Below are positions 8,164-16,100 of a stretch of 38,625 nt of DNA, piece by piece. The stretch lies in UHGV virus genome UHGV-1545242; one strand, 5' to 3'. The notes beneath the pieces were generated by a model, which saw only the letters and a program-made list of their open reading frames with translations, was not told where the DNA came from and made no database searches. This DNA is from a virus. The translations under genes were made by a program, and so were the position numbers. The first letter of the stretch is position 1. Each line of letters starts with the position of its first letter.

Positions 8164-8920
8164 TGAGTACGATCGCTTTCGTGGTGGGCATGACCACTCG
8201 ACGGCGGTTGCTTCTGCTGACGATGAAAGGGCAAAGAAGGAGCAGGTTGCAAGAATTTTCAACGAAATGTTTGTCCAGTTACAGGCTGCATTTCCAGGCA
8301 GCATCGCTGCTATCAGCGAGCAAGGAAAGCTAAACGAATTTCGAAAACAATGGATGCTTGCGTTTCTGGAGAATGGGATCACAACAATGGAACAGGTTAA
8401 CGCTGGTATGCGCCACGCCCGCGCCAGTGAATCTCCGTTCTGGCCGTCGCCAGGGCAATTTATCAAGTGGTGTAAAGACAGCAAGATGGTTCTTGGCGTC
8501 ACCATTGACGATGTGATGGCGGAGTTTCACCGGTACAGCAAGGAAAAAAGTTTATATCCTGGTGGTCCCGAAAGATTCCCGTGGCGACATCCGGTTATGT
8601 ACTGGGTCGTATGTGATACCCGCCGTGCAATGTATCAGCGCCAGCTTAGCGAGATTGAGGTTGAGAAACACGCGCGCAGGCTGCTCGATGATTGGGCGAA
8701 AAAGGTGGCTTCCGGACAGCAGATACCCGATCCGGTGATCAGCATACAGGCAAAGCCAGAACCCATGAGTACACCTCCGGACACAGGGAGAGACGTTTAC
8801 CATCCACCAGGGCGAAGTTTCGGGTGCATGCCTAACGCCGCCACCCTTGGGGGAATAACACCGGCGCAGTGGCTGATGGAGGAATACAGGCGGGGAAAGG
8901 CGGCAGGATTTATCAAGTAA
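8138..8920 (+). CDS. Replication protein P-like (DnaB helicase loader)
   Basis: Block EFRKQWMLAFLENGITTMEQVNAGMRHAR...PFWPSPGQFIKWC closely parallels lambda P central region as I recall it. Confidence 0.85.
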   Translation: MKSTPELLNEYDRFRGGHDHSTAVASADDERAKKEQVARIFNEMFVQLQAAFPGSIAAISEQGKLNEFRKQWMLAFLENGITTMEQVNAGMRHARASESPFWPSPGQFIKWCKDSKMVLGVTIDDVMAEFHRYSKEKSLYPGGPERFPWRHPVMYWVVCDTRRAMYQRQLSEIEVEKHARRLLDDWAKKVASGQQIPDPVISIQAKPEPMSTPPDTGRDVYHPPGRSFGCMPNAATLGGITPAQWLMEEYRRGKAAGFIK

Positions 8921-8957
8921 TACCAGCGCGATAGCGCATTTTTTTACGTCTCGATGA

Positions 8958-8972
8958 TTACCTGCTGGGTAA
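8958..8972. promoter_or_regulatory. Operator-like palindrome TTACC-N5-GGTAA downstream of P-like gene
   Basis: ttacctgctgggtaa. Confidence 0.55.
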
Positions 8973-9019
8973 TAAAATATTCTAAAATCTATTGATTTAG
9001 TGTCTTATGTGGTTTTTAA

Positions 9020-9034
9020 TTACCTCAGGGGTAA
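9020..9034. promoter_or_regulatory. Operator-like palindrome TTACC-N5-GGTAA overlapping RBS of frameshifted gene
   Basis: ttacctcaggggtaa, 62 bp from previous site, AT-rich promoter-like DNA between. Confidence 0.55.
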
Positions 9035-9037
9035 ATC

Positions 9038-9381
9038 ATGAGAAAACAGATACAGGCTCTTGGTCGACTCAAAACAGGCCAGATGAACAAAACAGAATCT
9101 GCGTATTGCCAGCACCTTGAGCAGCGTAAACGTGCAGGGGAAACGCCTGGTATCGGTTCGAGGGTATCAAGCTGCGGTTAGCTGATAACACGTTTTATAC
9201 GCCAGATTTCGCTGTGATGCTCGCCACCGGCGAGATGGAACTGCACGAAGTGAAAGGTTTCTGGACCGACGACGCCAGGGTGAAAACCAAAGTCGCCGCA
9301 GATCAGTATCCGTTCCGAATCATCGGGGTAACGGTTAAGCCAAAGAAAGCAGGTGGTGGCTGGAACATCGAAGAGTTCTGA
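9038..9381 (+). pseudogene. Frameshifted gene (recalled as DUF1064 family); reading frame broken near 9150-9180
   Basis: ATG at 9038 reads 47 codons to TAG at 9179; a second frame is open from ~9146 to TGA 9379 (WYRFEGIKLRLADNTFYTPDF...); total 344 nt, not a multiple of 3. Confidence 0.5.
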
Positions 9382-9442
9382 ATCGACGATCTTTTTAGTT
9401 ATCAATGTAATCAATAAGTTATGTGGATAAGCGAGGGTAAAG

Positions 9443-9880
9443 ATGGAAAGTAATATCAAAGGGTTAGTTTCCGCCGGGCATGAGATGGCTTCGGAACTGA
9501 AAGCAGAATGTGGTGCCGTTGATATGCGCAGTGTGGCAAAGCTGATCAGCGATTTGGCAACGCAACTGGAAGTGCAACTGGTGCGTGCTAATGCGCTGGC
9601 GGCGGAGAATGCGCTGGCTCGTAAAGCAGTTCAGGCATTTTGCGATGTTGTTGGCGACAGCACCGAGGTTATCTGCGAGGAGATTGGGCGAGATGGCGTT
9701 CTGGTTATTTTGGAGGCAATGAAGGCAACAGGAAATATGCCAGCCACCGATGCTTTCCTGTCTGAAGTGCGGGCGCAGGGGGTAGAGATGATGCGCGAAC
9801 ATCCAGCAATCAAACTTTGTTGTTTGACGCACATATGTGATGAGTTAGCCGCCCAGCTTCGCAAAGGAGGCAACCAGTGA
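9443..9880 (+). CDS. Hypothetical nin-region protein
   Basis: 145-aa ORF, stop overlaps next start. Confidence 0.55.
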   Translation: MESNIKGLVSAGHEMASELKAECGAVDMRSVAKLISDLATQLEVQLVRANALAAENALARKAVQAFCDVVGDSTEVICEEIGRDGVLVILEAMKATGNMPATDAFLSEVRAQGVEMMREHPAIKLCCLTHICDELAAQLRKGGNQ

Positions 9881-10563
9881 GCGAAATTAACTATCAGGCA
9901 CTGCGCGAGGTGGCGGAACGTGCAATTCCAGCAATGGAACGCCTGTTAATGTTGCCAGCTGATGATGATTTGTTAAGTGAACAGGAACTTAAAGATTACG
10001 GTGTGGATATTGATGCGCTCAATGCCTTCAAATTTCTGACCGGACCAGAAACCGTGCTGGCACTACTGGATGAACGGGAAAGAAACCAGCAATACATCAA
10101 ACTCCGCGATCAGGAGAATGAGGATATTGCTCTTACGGTAGGGAAGCTGCGCGTTGAGCTGGAAGGCAAAGACAGCAAAATAGCCAATCTTACCGCCGAA
10201 CGCGATGCTCTTCGTGAAGGTGAGATGGGCGACGCTAGGCATAGCAACACACGGGCCGCAGCTGATATCTACTTCCAACTGGTCGAGGAGTGCGAAATTC
10301 CTGCTGGCGGATCTCTGGTCGAGTACGTTGACGATATGCGCGAGAAGCTGGAAGCCGCAGAGAAGCGCATAGCAGAGTTAGAAAGTGATTCTCAGGCACA
10401 AAAGTTAGTTGAAGCAATCATTGTTGCGATAGAAAACGAACAGGAACGTCTTTTTGATGAAGATTACCTAATGGATTCGAAAGAATGCATTGACGTAATT
10501 CGTGAAGAAGTAAAGCGATGGAATGATTCCCGCACCGCTGGCATTCGCATCAAAGGAGAGTGA
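9877..10563 (+). CDS. ead/Ea22-like acidic coiled-coil protein
   Basis: N-terminus MSEINYQALREVAERAI and acidic coiled-coil character resemble ead/Ea22-like prophage proteins. Confidence 0.6.
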   Translation: MSEINYQALREVAERAIPAMERLLMLPADDDLLSEQELKDYGVDIDALNAFKFLTGPETVLALLDERERNQQYIKLRDQENEDIALTVGKLRVELEGKDSKIANLTAERDALREGEMGDARHSNTRAAADIYFQLVEECEIPAGGSLVEYVDDMREKLEAAEKRIAELESDSQAQKLVEAIIVAIENEQERLFDEDYLMDSKECIDVIREEVKRWNDSRTAGIRIKGE

Positions 10564-10564
10564 G

Positions 10565-10933
10565 ATGAACGCTATAACCAAAGAACGTATCAAATTATTC
10601 ATTAAAAATCCGCTTGATAACGGACTTACTCGTGGCGAACAAATGGAACTGGCACGAATTGCACTGGCCTCGCTTGAGGCAGAGCCAGTTGGTGCATTCC
10701 ACATTGCAGAACAGCAAGTTGACGGCACAAGTGACTACCTCAAGGATGGAGAATGGCCTATTGATAATGGAATTATTGAGGTCTACGCCGCTCCACCCGT
10801 TCCAGTAGTACCGGAAGAAAAACCAATGCCTAATCCTCTTAGCATGTACGCGGTTGATGCTGTTGCCGCTATTGCAGAGGTGAGAGGCTGGAATGCCTGC
10901 CGCGCTGCTATGCTTCAGGGAAAAGGAGAGTGA
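10565..10933 (+). CDS. Hypothetical protein
   Basis: AAAGGAGAG SD then ATG (MNAITKE); ORF track start at 10523 is an upstream extension. Confidence 0.55.
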   Translation: MNAITKERIKLFIKNPLDNGLTRGEQMELARIALASLEAEPVGAFHIAEQQVDGTSDYLKDGEWPIDNGIIEVYAAPPVPVVPEEKPMPNPLSMYAVDAVAAIAEVRGWNACRAAMLQGKGE

Positions 10934-10934
10934 T

Positions 10935-11498
10935 ATGACCACTATAACCGATAAGAAACAGTATCCCAGCGAGCAATATCTTAATGAGCTGATCACCAAC
11001 ATAGAGTTTGCTGCAAGGGCACCAGTTGAAGTCGTGAGAGCGATGGCAGCAGAGCTACAGAAGCGGCGCGAAGCTGATAGTGCAGAACCTGCAAGTAATC
11101 ATGAAGAGTTGCCGCTTGATTATCTCCAAGGTCAAAAAGATGGTCTTGAATGGGCTGCGCAGCTTGCAGAAGCAAATCACCCACAAACTGGCGACTGGCT
11201 TTACGATGACCCGCTGGATCTGGCTAAAGCTATCAGAAAAGGTCCTGACATTCCCGAGTTCGCTGGACCCCATCCGGTAACTCCGGATGGTTGGATAAGC
11301 TGTAGTGATCGAATGCCGGAAGACACCAAAATGTTACTGGCATTTAGTCAAGGTGAAATCGTGGCCGCATATTGGAACTGGGTTGTAAATCCAATTGATT
11401 ACAAAAAATATAGAGCTTTCACGTATTTATCAGGATATATCTTGGATGACGTAACCCACTGGATGCCGCTGCCAGAACCGCCGAAGGGGGCGAAATGA
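10935..11498 (+). CDS. Hypothetical protein with DUF551-like C-terminus
   Basis: AAAAGGAGAG SD then ATG (MTTITDKK); C-terminal W..MPLPEPP motif typical of DUF551. Confidence 0.55.
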   Translation: MTTITDKKQYPSEQYLNELITNIEFAARAPVEVVRAMAAELQKRREADSAEPASNHEELPLDYLQGQKDGLEWAAQLAEANHPQTGDWLYDDPLDLAKAIRKGPDIPEFAGPHPVTPDGWISCSDRMPEDTKMLLAFSQGEIVAAYWNWVVNPIDYKKYRAFTYLSGYILDDVTHWMPLPEPPKGAK

Positions 11499-11755
11499 TG
11501 GATGTAAAAGAGAAGGTTTTGCAGGTGATGCGTTCCCGGGCTGCCCTGCAAGATAAAGCTCTCGGCGGGGAATATCCATTCAGGATGGCAACCTGGAATC
11601 TGCGGTTGGCAATGGAGAAGGAATTTCCTGATGAAGAATGGCGTTCGGCAGATTTGCGCAAAATTCTTATGGAGCTGGCTAAAGACGGAGCAGTATCCAA
11701 AGATACCTATGCCAGCCGGATTGGTCAGGCGGTATGGAGACTGGAGGTGCGGTAA
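11495..11755 (+). CDS. Hypothetical protein
   Basis: 86-aa ORF overlapping previous stop. Confidence 0.5.
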   Translation: MMDVKEKVLQVMRSRAALQDKALGGEYPFRMATWNLRLAMEKEFPDEEWRSADLRKILMELAKDGAVSKDTYASRIGQAVWRLEVR

Positions 11756-11792
11756 TGGCTAACCTGCAACTTGCCGTCAAAGGTGAAAAGAT

Positions 11793-11981
11793 TTGAGGAT
11801 TCGCATCATTAATAACACCGACAAGCATCCGGAAGATTATTTGGATTGCTCGTTAGCAGAGTGCGGTATTTCCGTATGGGATGAGTTCGATGTGATGCGT
11901 AAAACCGCTTACGGCTATGTCGTAATTCATAACGGAGAAGAATTATTTGTTCGTCGGTCAGAATGCGTGGAATTGATATAA
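11793..11981 (+). CDS. Hypothetical small protein (TTG start)
   Basis: 62-aa ORF with AGGTGA SD 6 nt upstream of TTG. Confidence 0.35.
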   Translation: MRIRIINNTDKHPEDYLDCSLAECGISVWDEFDVMRKTAYGYVVIHNGEELFVRRSECVELI

Positions 11982-12038
11982 GAGAATCTCCGCACATCGG
12001 CAACACACAGCTAAATATGTTCGCGATAAAGGTAAATA

Positions 12039-12380
12039 TTGATGGCTAAATCAGCAGCAGAGCGCAAAGCCGCTCAGAGAGCCAGACAAGCTGCATCTGG
12101 TGTGCGTAAGCTGGAAATTGTGCTTGATGCTCAGGAAATTGAAATGCTGGAGCGTAGCTGTGCCACGCGTCGCCCCGGGCGTGCGCCTTACGAATTTGGT
12201 GAGTATATAGCGTTACTGATCCGCCAGGATGATGCACGCGTGCGCGGGCGTATAAAATCGATCAGCAGAAAACGTTGCGGTAAGTGCGGAGAGAGAGTTC
12301 CTGTGAATTCATGCCCGTGTAATGGTGACTCGCAATGCTGGGTGACCAAAGGTTGGCATGAAACGAAATTAATAGTGTGA
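12039..12380 (+). CDS. Hypothetical protein with basic N-terminus and C-terminal Cys cluster (candidate late regulator)
   Basis: KAAQRARQAASGVRKLEIVLDAQEIEMLER then CGKCG...CPC; sits where Q-type regulators lie, just before terminase. Confidence 0.5.
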   Translation: MMAKSAAERKAAQRARQAASGVRKLEIVLDAQEIEMLERSCATRRPGRAPYEFGEYIALLIRQDDARVRGRIKSISRKRCGKCGERVPVNSCPCNGDSQCWVTKGWHETKLIV

Positions 12381-12610
12381 CATGTTACGAAGGTGTTATG
12401 CCAAAAATACGCTACGACCTTGAAGATATGAGAGATAACTCAGCAAATTTTCCGAAAGAGGTTAAATTTCTCATGCATAAGTATGGTTGCGCCAGGAGGG
12501 ATATAGTTATCGACAGTCAGCACCCTTGCGGCGAGGATGTAATTTTCATTCGCGGTAAATGGGAAGGGTATCTTGACGAGAGTTTTTACGATGAATTTGA
12601 TGGACTTTGA
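12377..12610 (+). CDS. Hypothetical protein
   Basis: 77-aa ORF, overlapping stop/start with neighbours. Confidence 0.45.
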   Translation: MTCYEGVMPKIRYDLEDMRDNSANFPKEVKFLMHKYGCARRDIVIDSQHPCGEDVIFIRGKWEGYLDESFYDEFDGL

Positions 12611-13281
12611 ATACTGCCGCCAACTATGGTGGCTTTATTTTGCATGGTACTATTACCACAACGGTAACTATTACCACGGTGGTTATGATGCCTGCTGAAC
12701 CTAAAACCTATAAACGCAAATCAACGCAATTTAAGCCACTAACAGCAATGCAGGAGGCTTATTGCCAGTCATACATCAAAACGCCTGAAAACCAGACTCA
12801 GGCAGCGATTAACGCAGGATTCTCCCCAAATACAGCGGCAGTTAAAGCCAGTGTCATGATGCGCGACGAACGCATTCAAAAACGGATTGCCGAGTTGATG
12901 GAGGAGCGCAACAAACGAATGCGCGTCAGTGCTGATTACGTTCTCATGCGCCTGGTGGAGATCGACCAGATGGACGTGATTGATATCCTCAACGACGATG
13001 GGAGCCTTAAGCCAATCCGCGAGTGGCCGAAAATCTGGCGCACTACGCTTAGCGGCTTTGATCTGTCATCGACCATCATGAACATGAACGAGGATTCGAT
13101 AGAGACAATCCTCAAAAAAATTAAATGGCCTGACAAGGTGAAGAACCTCGAACTGATTGGTAAGCACGTCGACGTCAACGCATTCAAAGAACGCCTGGAT
13201 GTTAATGTGAATGTGACAATTGCTGATCGCATAGCAGCAGCCAGGAAGCGACTCAAAGAACGTCAGGATGGTAATCAGTGA
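12607..13281 (+). CDS. Terminase small subunit
   Basis: Segment AMQEAYCQSYIKTPENQTQAAINAGFSPNTAAVKASVMMRDERIQKRIAEL matches the Terminase_2 small-subunit pattern; start may be internal (MMPAEP at ~12685). Confidence 0.75.
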   Translation: MNTAANYGGFILHGTITTTVTITTVVMMPAEPKTYKRKSTQFKPLTAMQEAYCQSYIKTPENQTQAAINAGFSPNTAAVKASVMMRDERIQKRIAELMEERNKRMRVSADYVLMRLVEIDQMDVIDILNDDGSLKPIREWPKIWRTTLSGFDLSSTIMNMNEDSIETILKKIKWPDKVKNLELIGKHVDVNAFKERLDVNVNVTIADRIAAARKRLKERQDGNQ

Positions 13282-14753
13282 CAGATGCAGCGTTATCTCC
13301 TGAAGAGCAGTTAATCGAAGATATTGCAGGGTTCACTCACGATCCGCTTGGCTATGCCCTCTATGCGTTCCCTTGGGGGGAAGAGGGGACTGAACTGGCA
13401 CATGCTACCGGTCCACGTCAGTGGCAGGCCGATGCGTTCCGAGAGATACGTGATCACCTGCAGAATCCAGAGACGCGTTATCAGCCGCTTATGCTGGGAC
13501 GTGCTTCTGGTCACGGTATTGGTAAATCCGCATTCATCTCAATGCTCATCAACTGGGGCATGTCCACTTGCGAGGATTGTAAGGTCGTGGTGACCGCCAA
13601 CACCGACAACCAGCTACGAACGAAGACCTGGCCGGAAATTATCAAGTGGTCGAACCTTGCTATCACGAAAGACTGGTTTACCTGTACCGCTACCGCGATG
13701 TACAGCAATGACCCTGGGCACGACAAGCGGTGGCGGGCTGACGCAATACCCTGGTCTGAGCACAACACTGAGGCATTCGCCGGACTACACAACGAGCGCA
13801 AACGCATCATCGTGGTATTCGATGAAGCGTCGAACATTGCGGATCTGGTGTGGGAAGTTGCTGAGGGTGCGCTTACGGACGAAGACACCGAAATCATCTG
13901 GGTGGCGTTCGGGAACCCGACGCGTAATACCGGGCGTTTCCGCGAATGTTTCCGCAAATATAAACACCGCTGGAAAACTGCGCAGATTGACAGCCGGACG
14001 GTGGAAGGCACTAACAAACAGCAGTTGCAGAAATGGGTTGATGATTACGGGGAAGACAGCGACTTCGTTAAAATCCGTGTGCGTGGCATATTCCCTGATG
14101 CATCTGAATTGCAGTTTATCCCTACCGGTCTTACTGACGAGGCAATGAAACGGGTGGTAACCGCTGCGCAGGTGGCACATGCTCCGGTGATAATCGGCGT
14201 TGACCCGGCATACTCCGGCGTTGATGACGCGGTGATATACCTGCGGCAGGGGCTACACAGTAAGGTGCTGTGGACTGGCAACAAGACTACCGACGATCTG
14301 ATTATGGCGAAGCGTATCGCTGACTTTGAAGACCAGTATCAGGCTGACGCGGTGTTCATCGACTTCGGTTACGGAACCGGTTTGAAGTCAATCGGTGACG
14401 GCTGGGGTCGTACATGGCAACTTGTTCCGTTCGGTGGCGCGTCTACTGACCCGCAGATGCTCAACAAGCGTGGGGAGATGTTCAATTCATGCAAGACATG
14501 GCTGAGGCTGGGCGGCATGCTGGATGACCAGGAAACAGCAGACGACCTGTCGGCGGCAGAGTACAAAGTTCGAGTGGACGGTAAAATCGTTATCGAACCG
14601 AAGGAAGATATCAAGGAGCGGCTTGGGCGTTCACCGGGTAAAGGCGATGCGCTACTGCTGACGTTTGCGTTCCCTGTGTCTAAGCGTCTGCGAATTCCCG
14701 GTCAGCAGAACCAGCAAGGCAAGGCCATCACAGATTACGATCCCTATGCTTAA
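13278..14753 (+). CDS. Terminase large subunit
   Basis: Walker A-like GRASGHGIGKS, Walker B-like IIVVFDEAS, C-terminal nuclease region; GTG start overlapping small-subunit stop. Confidence 0.9.
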   Translation: MTDAALSPEEQLIEDIAGFTHDPLGYALYAFPWGEEGTELAHATGPRQWQADAFREIRDHLQNPETRYQPLMLGRASGHGIGKSAFISMLINWGMSTCEDCKVVVTANTDNQLRTKTWPEIIKWSNLAITKDWFTCTATAMYSNDPGHDKRWRADAIPWSEHNTEAFAGLHNERKRIIVVFDEASNIADLVWEVAEGALTDEDTEIIWVAFGNPTRNTGRFRECFRKYKHRWKTAQIDSRTVEGTNKQQLQKWVDDYGEDSDFVKIRVRGIFPDASELQFIPTGLTDEAMKRVVTAAQVAHAPVIIGVDPAYSGVDDAVIYLRQGLHSKVLWTGNKTTDDLIMAKRIADFEDQYQADAVFIDFGYGTGLKSIGDGWGRTWQLVPFGGASTDPQMLNKRGEMFNSCKTWLRLGGMLDDQETADDLSAAEYKVRVDGKIVIEPKEDIKERLGRSPGKGDALLLTFAFPVSKRLRIPGQQNQQGKAITDYDPYA

Positions 14754-14803
14754 TCCGCTGGTGGGGATAATGTCGTTGATATCCTCTGGTGAGGATAAAA
14801 CAA

Positions 14804-14830
14804 AGCCAGCTCATAGGCTGGCTGTTTGTG
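14804..14830 (+). terminator. Rho-independent terminator after terminase genes
   Basis: AGCCAGC-tcata-GCTGGCT followed by GTTTGTG. Confidence 0.55.
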
Positions 14831-14843
14831 ACATGTCACGGTG

Positions 14844-15176
14844 TTATTTCGGTAGATTGTGTTTGGCATTCGACTCGTCTATCACGTAACGCATTGCAGT
14901 TCGACCGAGATTACCAGGATCTTCATGCAGACTCACTCGTGCCTTTAGGAGCACACATTCAGCCTTGACATAGTTTGCTGGAATTATTCCTACCTCGGCA
15001 TTTTTAAATGCCTCCTTCACCGCCTCACCGTTGTACTGACCGCCAAGCAACTCTGTACATGTCAGGTTGTTATGGATAATTGCAAGGAGATCTTTAATCT
15101 CTTCACGCAGGTTTACAATCGCCATCGCGGCATTGATAGCTGCGGCATAGCGCTCAGCTGCAGTCTTCTCTTTCAT
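14844..15176 (-). CDS. Hypothetical protein, inverted moron between terminase and portal
   Basis: Minus-strand ORF inside an otherwise plus-strand late region; ATG at 15176 preceded by AAGGTGA. Confidence 0.55.
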   Translation of the reverse strand: MKEKTAAERYAAAINAAMAIVNLREEIKDLLAIIHNNLTCTELLGGQYNGEAVKEAFKNAEVGIIPANYVKAECVLLKARVSLHEDPGNLGRTAMRYVIDESNAKHNLPK

Positions 15177-15187
15177 GATTTTCACCT

Positions 15188-15213
15188 TAAAAAAATGCCC
15201 GGCGAACCGGGCG
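15188..15213 (-). terminator. Hairpin plus T-run on minus strand, downstream of tRNA and immediately upstream of the moron RBS
   Basis: GCCCGG-ttcg-CCGGGC followed by TTTTTTT (minus-strand reading). Confidence 0.5.
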
Positions 15214-15375
15214 AACTGGAAGCAATGAGTTATGCCTTCCGTGGCTGTACTGGTTTACAGCATGAAGCCATCGCAATGGCGCCCTGCTGTAAAAAGGGCG
15301 GTGATAGTCCTTCAAGGGAAACCATCACTGCCAAGCCCCTGGAACTTCTGGCATCACGGTCCTTAGGCGTGATTC

Positions 15376-15452
15376 TGGCGTGGCATGCAGGATTCGAACC
15401 TGCGACCAACCGCTTAGAAGGCGGTTGCTCTGTCCAACTGAGCTAATGCCAC
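15376..15452 (-). tRNA. tRNA-Arg (anticodon UCU)
   Basis: Manual fold of minus-strand sequence: 7-bp acceptor stem GTGGCAT/ATGCCAC, D arm GCTC/GAGC, anticodon stem ACCGC/GCGGT with loop CTTCTAA, T arm GCAGG-TTCGAAT-CCTGC, encoded CCA. Confidence 0.85.
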
Positions 15453-15774
15453 AACGCTGAGAGCACTTAGCCTGTTAAGGCGCCACACTTTGTCGCGGCT
15501 CCATAAATGCTCTCATCGTTGTACCCTCGTCTCTTCCGAGGCGTCACACCGAATCGCCGGGATGGTGAATCCCCGTGCGCGGAATAAAACCGCTCGACTT
15601 GCACATTCCGGCTACCTGGTTCGTTTGCCACAGCCAGGGAGGGTGCCCCTTAAACGCATCCAGACCGCTATCGGCGCATGTGCCATACGCCGTACTGCTC
15701 AAAATAAAAGCTCACTCCACCTGTTCAATTTAACGACAAGCCAGTCAGGTTAGTAACCGGAATGAACTCTTTGG

Positions 15775-15789
15775 TTACCTGAAAGGTAA
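15775..15789. promoter_or_regulatory. Operator-like palindrome TTACC-N5-GGTAA upstream of portal/late operon
   Basis: ttacctgaaaggtaa, identical to site at 32822. Confidence 0.55.
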
Positions 15790-15879
15790 TAATTCGCGCG
15801 TTAAATGTCAACTGTCTACGATAAATAAATCATATGTGGTTAAATTGGTAATAATTTAATTGCGTACGGAGTCATTGAT

Positions 15880-16086
15880 ATGTGCATGGGTAGCTCACCA
15901 TCAGTGCCTGCAACACCAGAAGTTCAGGCAGCACCACAGGAGCAGGATGCCGCCGTTGTTGATGCCCGCGACGAAGAAACTCGTCGCCGTCGCGCTGCTG
16001 CTGGTCGTAGTTCTACGCTGCTTACCGGTTCTCAGGGCGACACATCAACTGCTAATACCAGCGGTAAAACGCTGCTTGGTCAGTAA
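15880..16086 (+). CDS. Possible small low-complexity protein upstream of portal
   Basis: 68-aa ORF with GGAG upstream; Ala/Thr/Gln-rich; could be non-coding. Confidence 0.3.
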   Translation: MCMGSSPSVPATPEVQAAPQEQDAAVVDARDEETRRRRAAAGRSSTLLTGSQGDTSTANTSGKTLLGQ

Positions 16087-16100
16087 CCGGAGTCATTGAA

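Noticed and set aside
9178-9459. 93-aa minus-strand ORF opposite the frameshifted gene
   Set aside because: Antisense to a region whose plus-strand reading is better explained as a frameshifted gene; no SD.
13511-14180. Several 130-170-aa ORFs on both strands overlapping the large terminase gene
   Set aside because: Alternate-frame and antisense artefacts inside a gene with clear Walker A/B motifs.
15490-15753. 87-aa plus-strand ORF in the GC-rich region beside the tRNA
   Set aside because: No SD, Arg/Ser-rich composition typical of a GC-rich non-coding frame; the region is more plausibly tRNA promoter or structured RNA.
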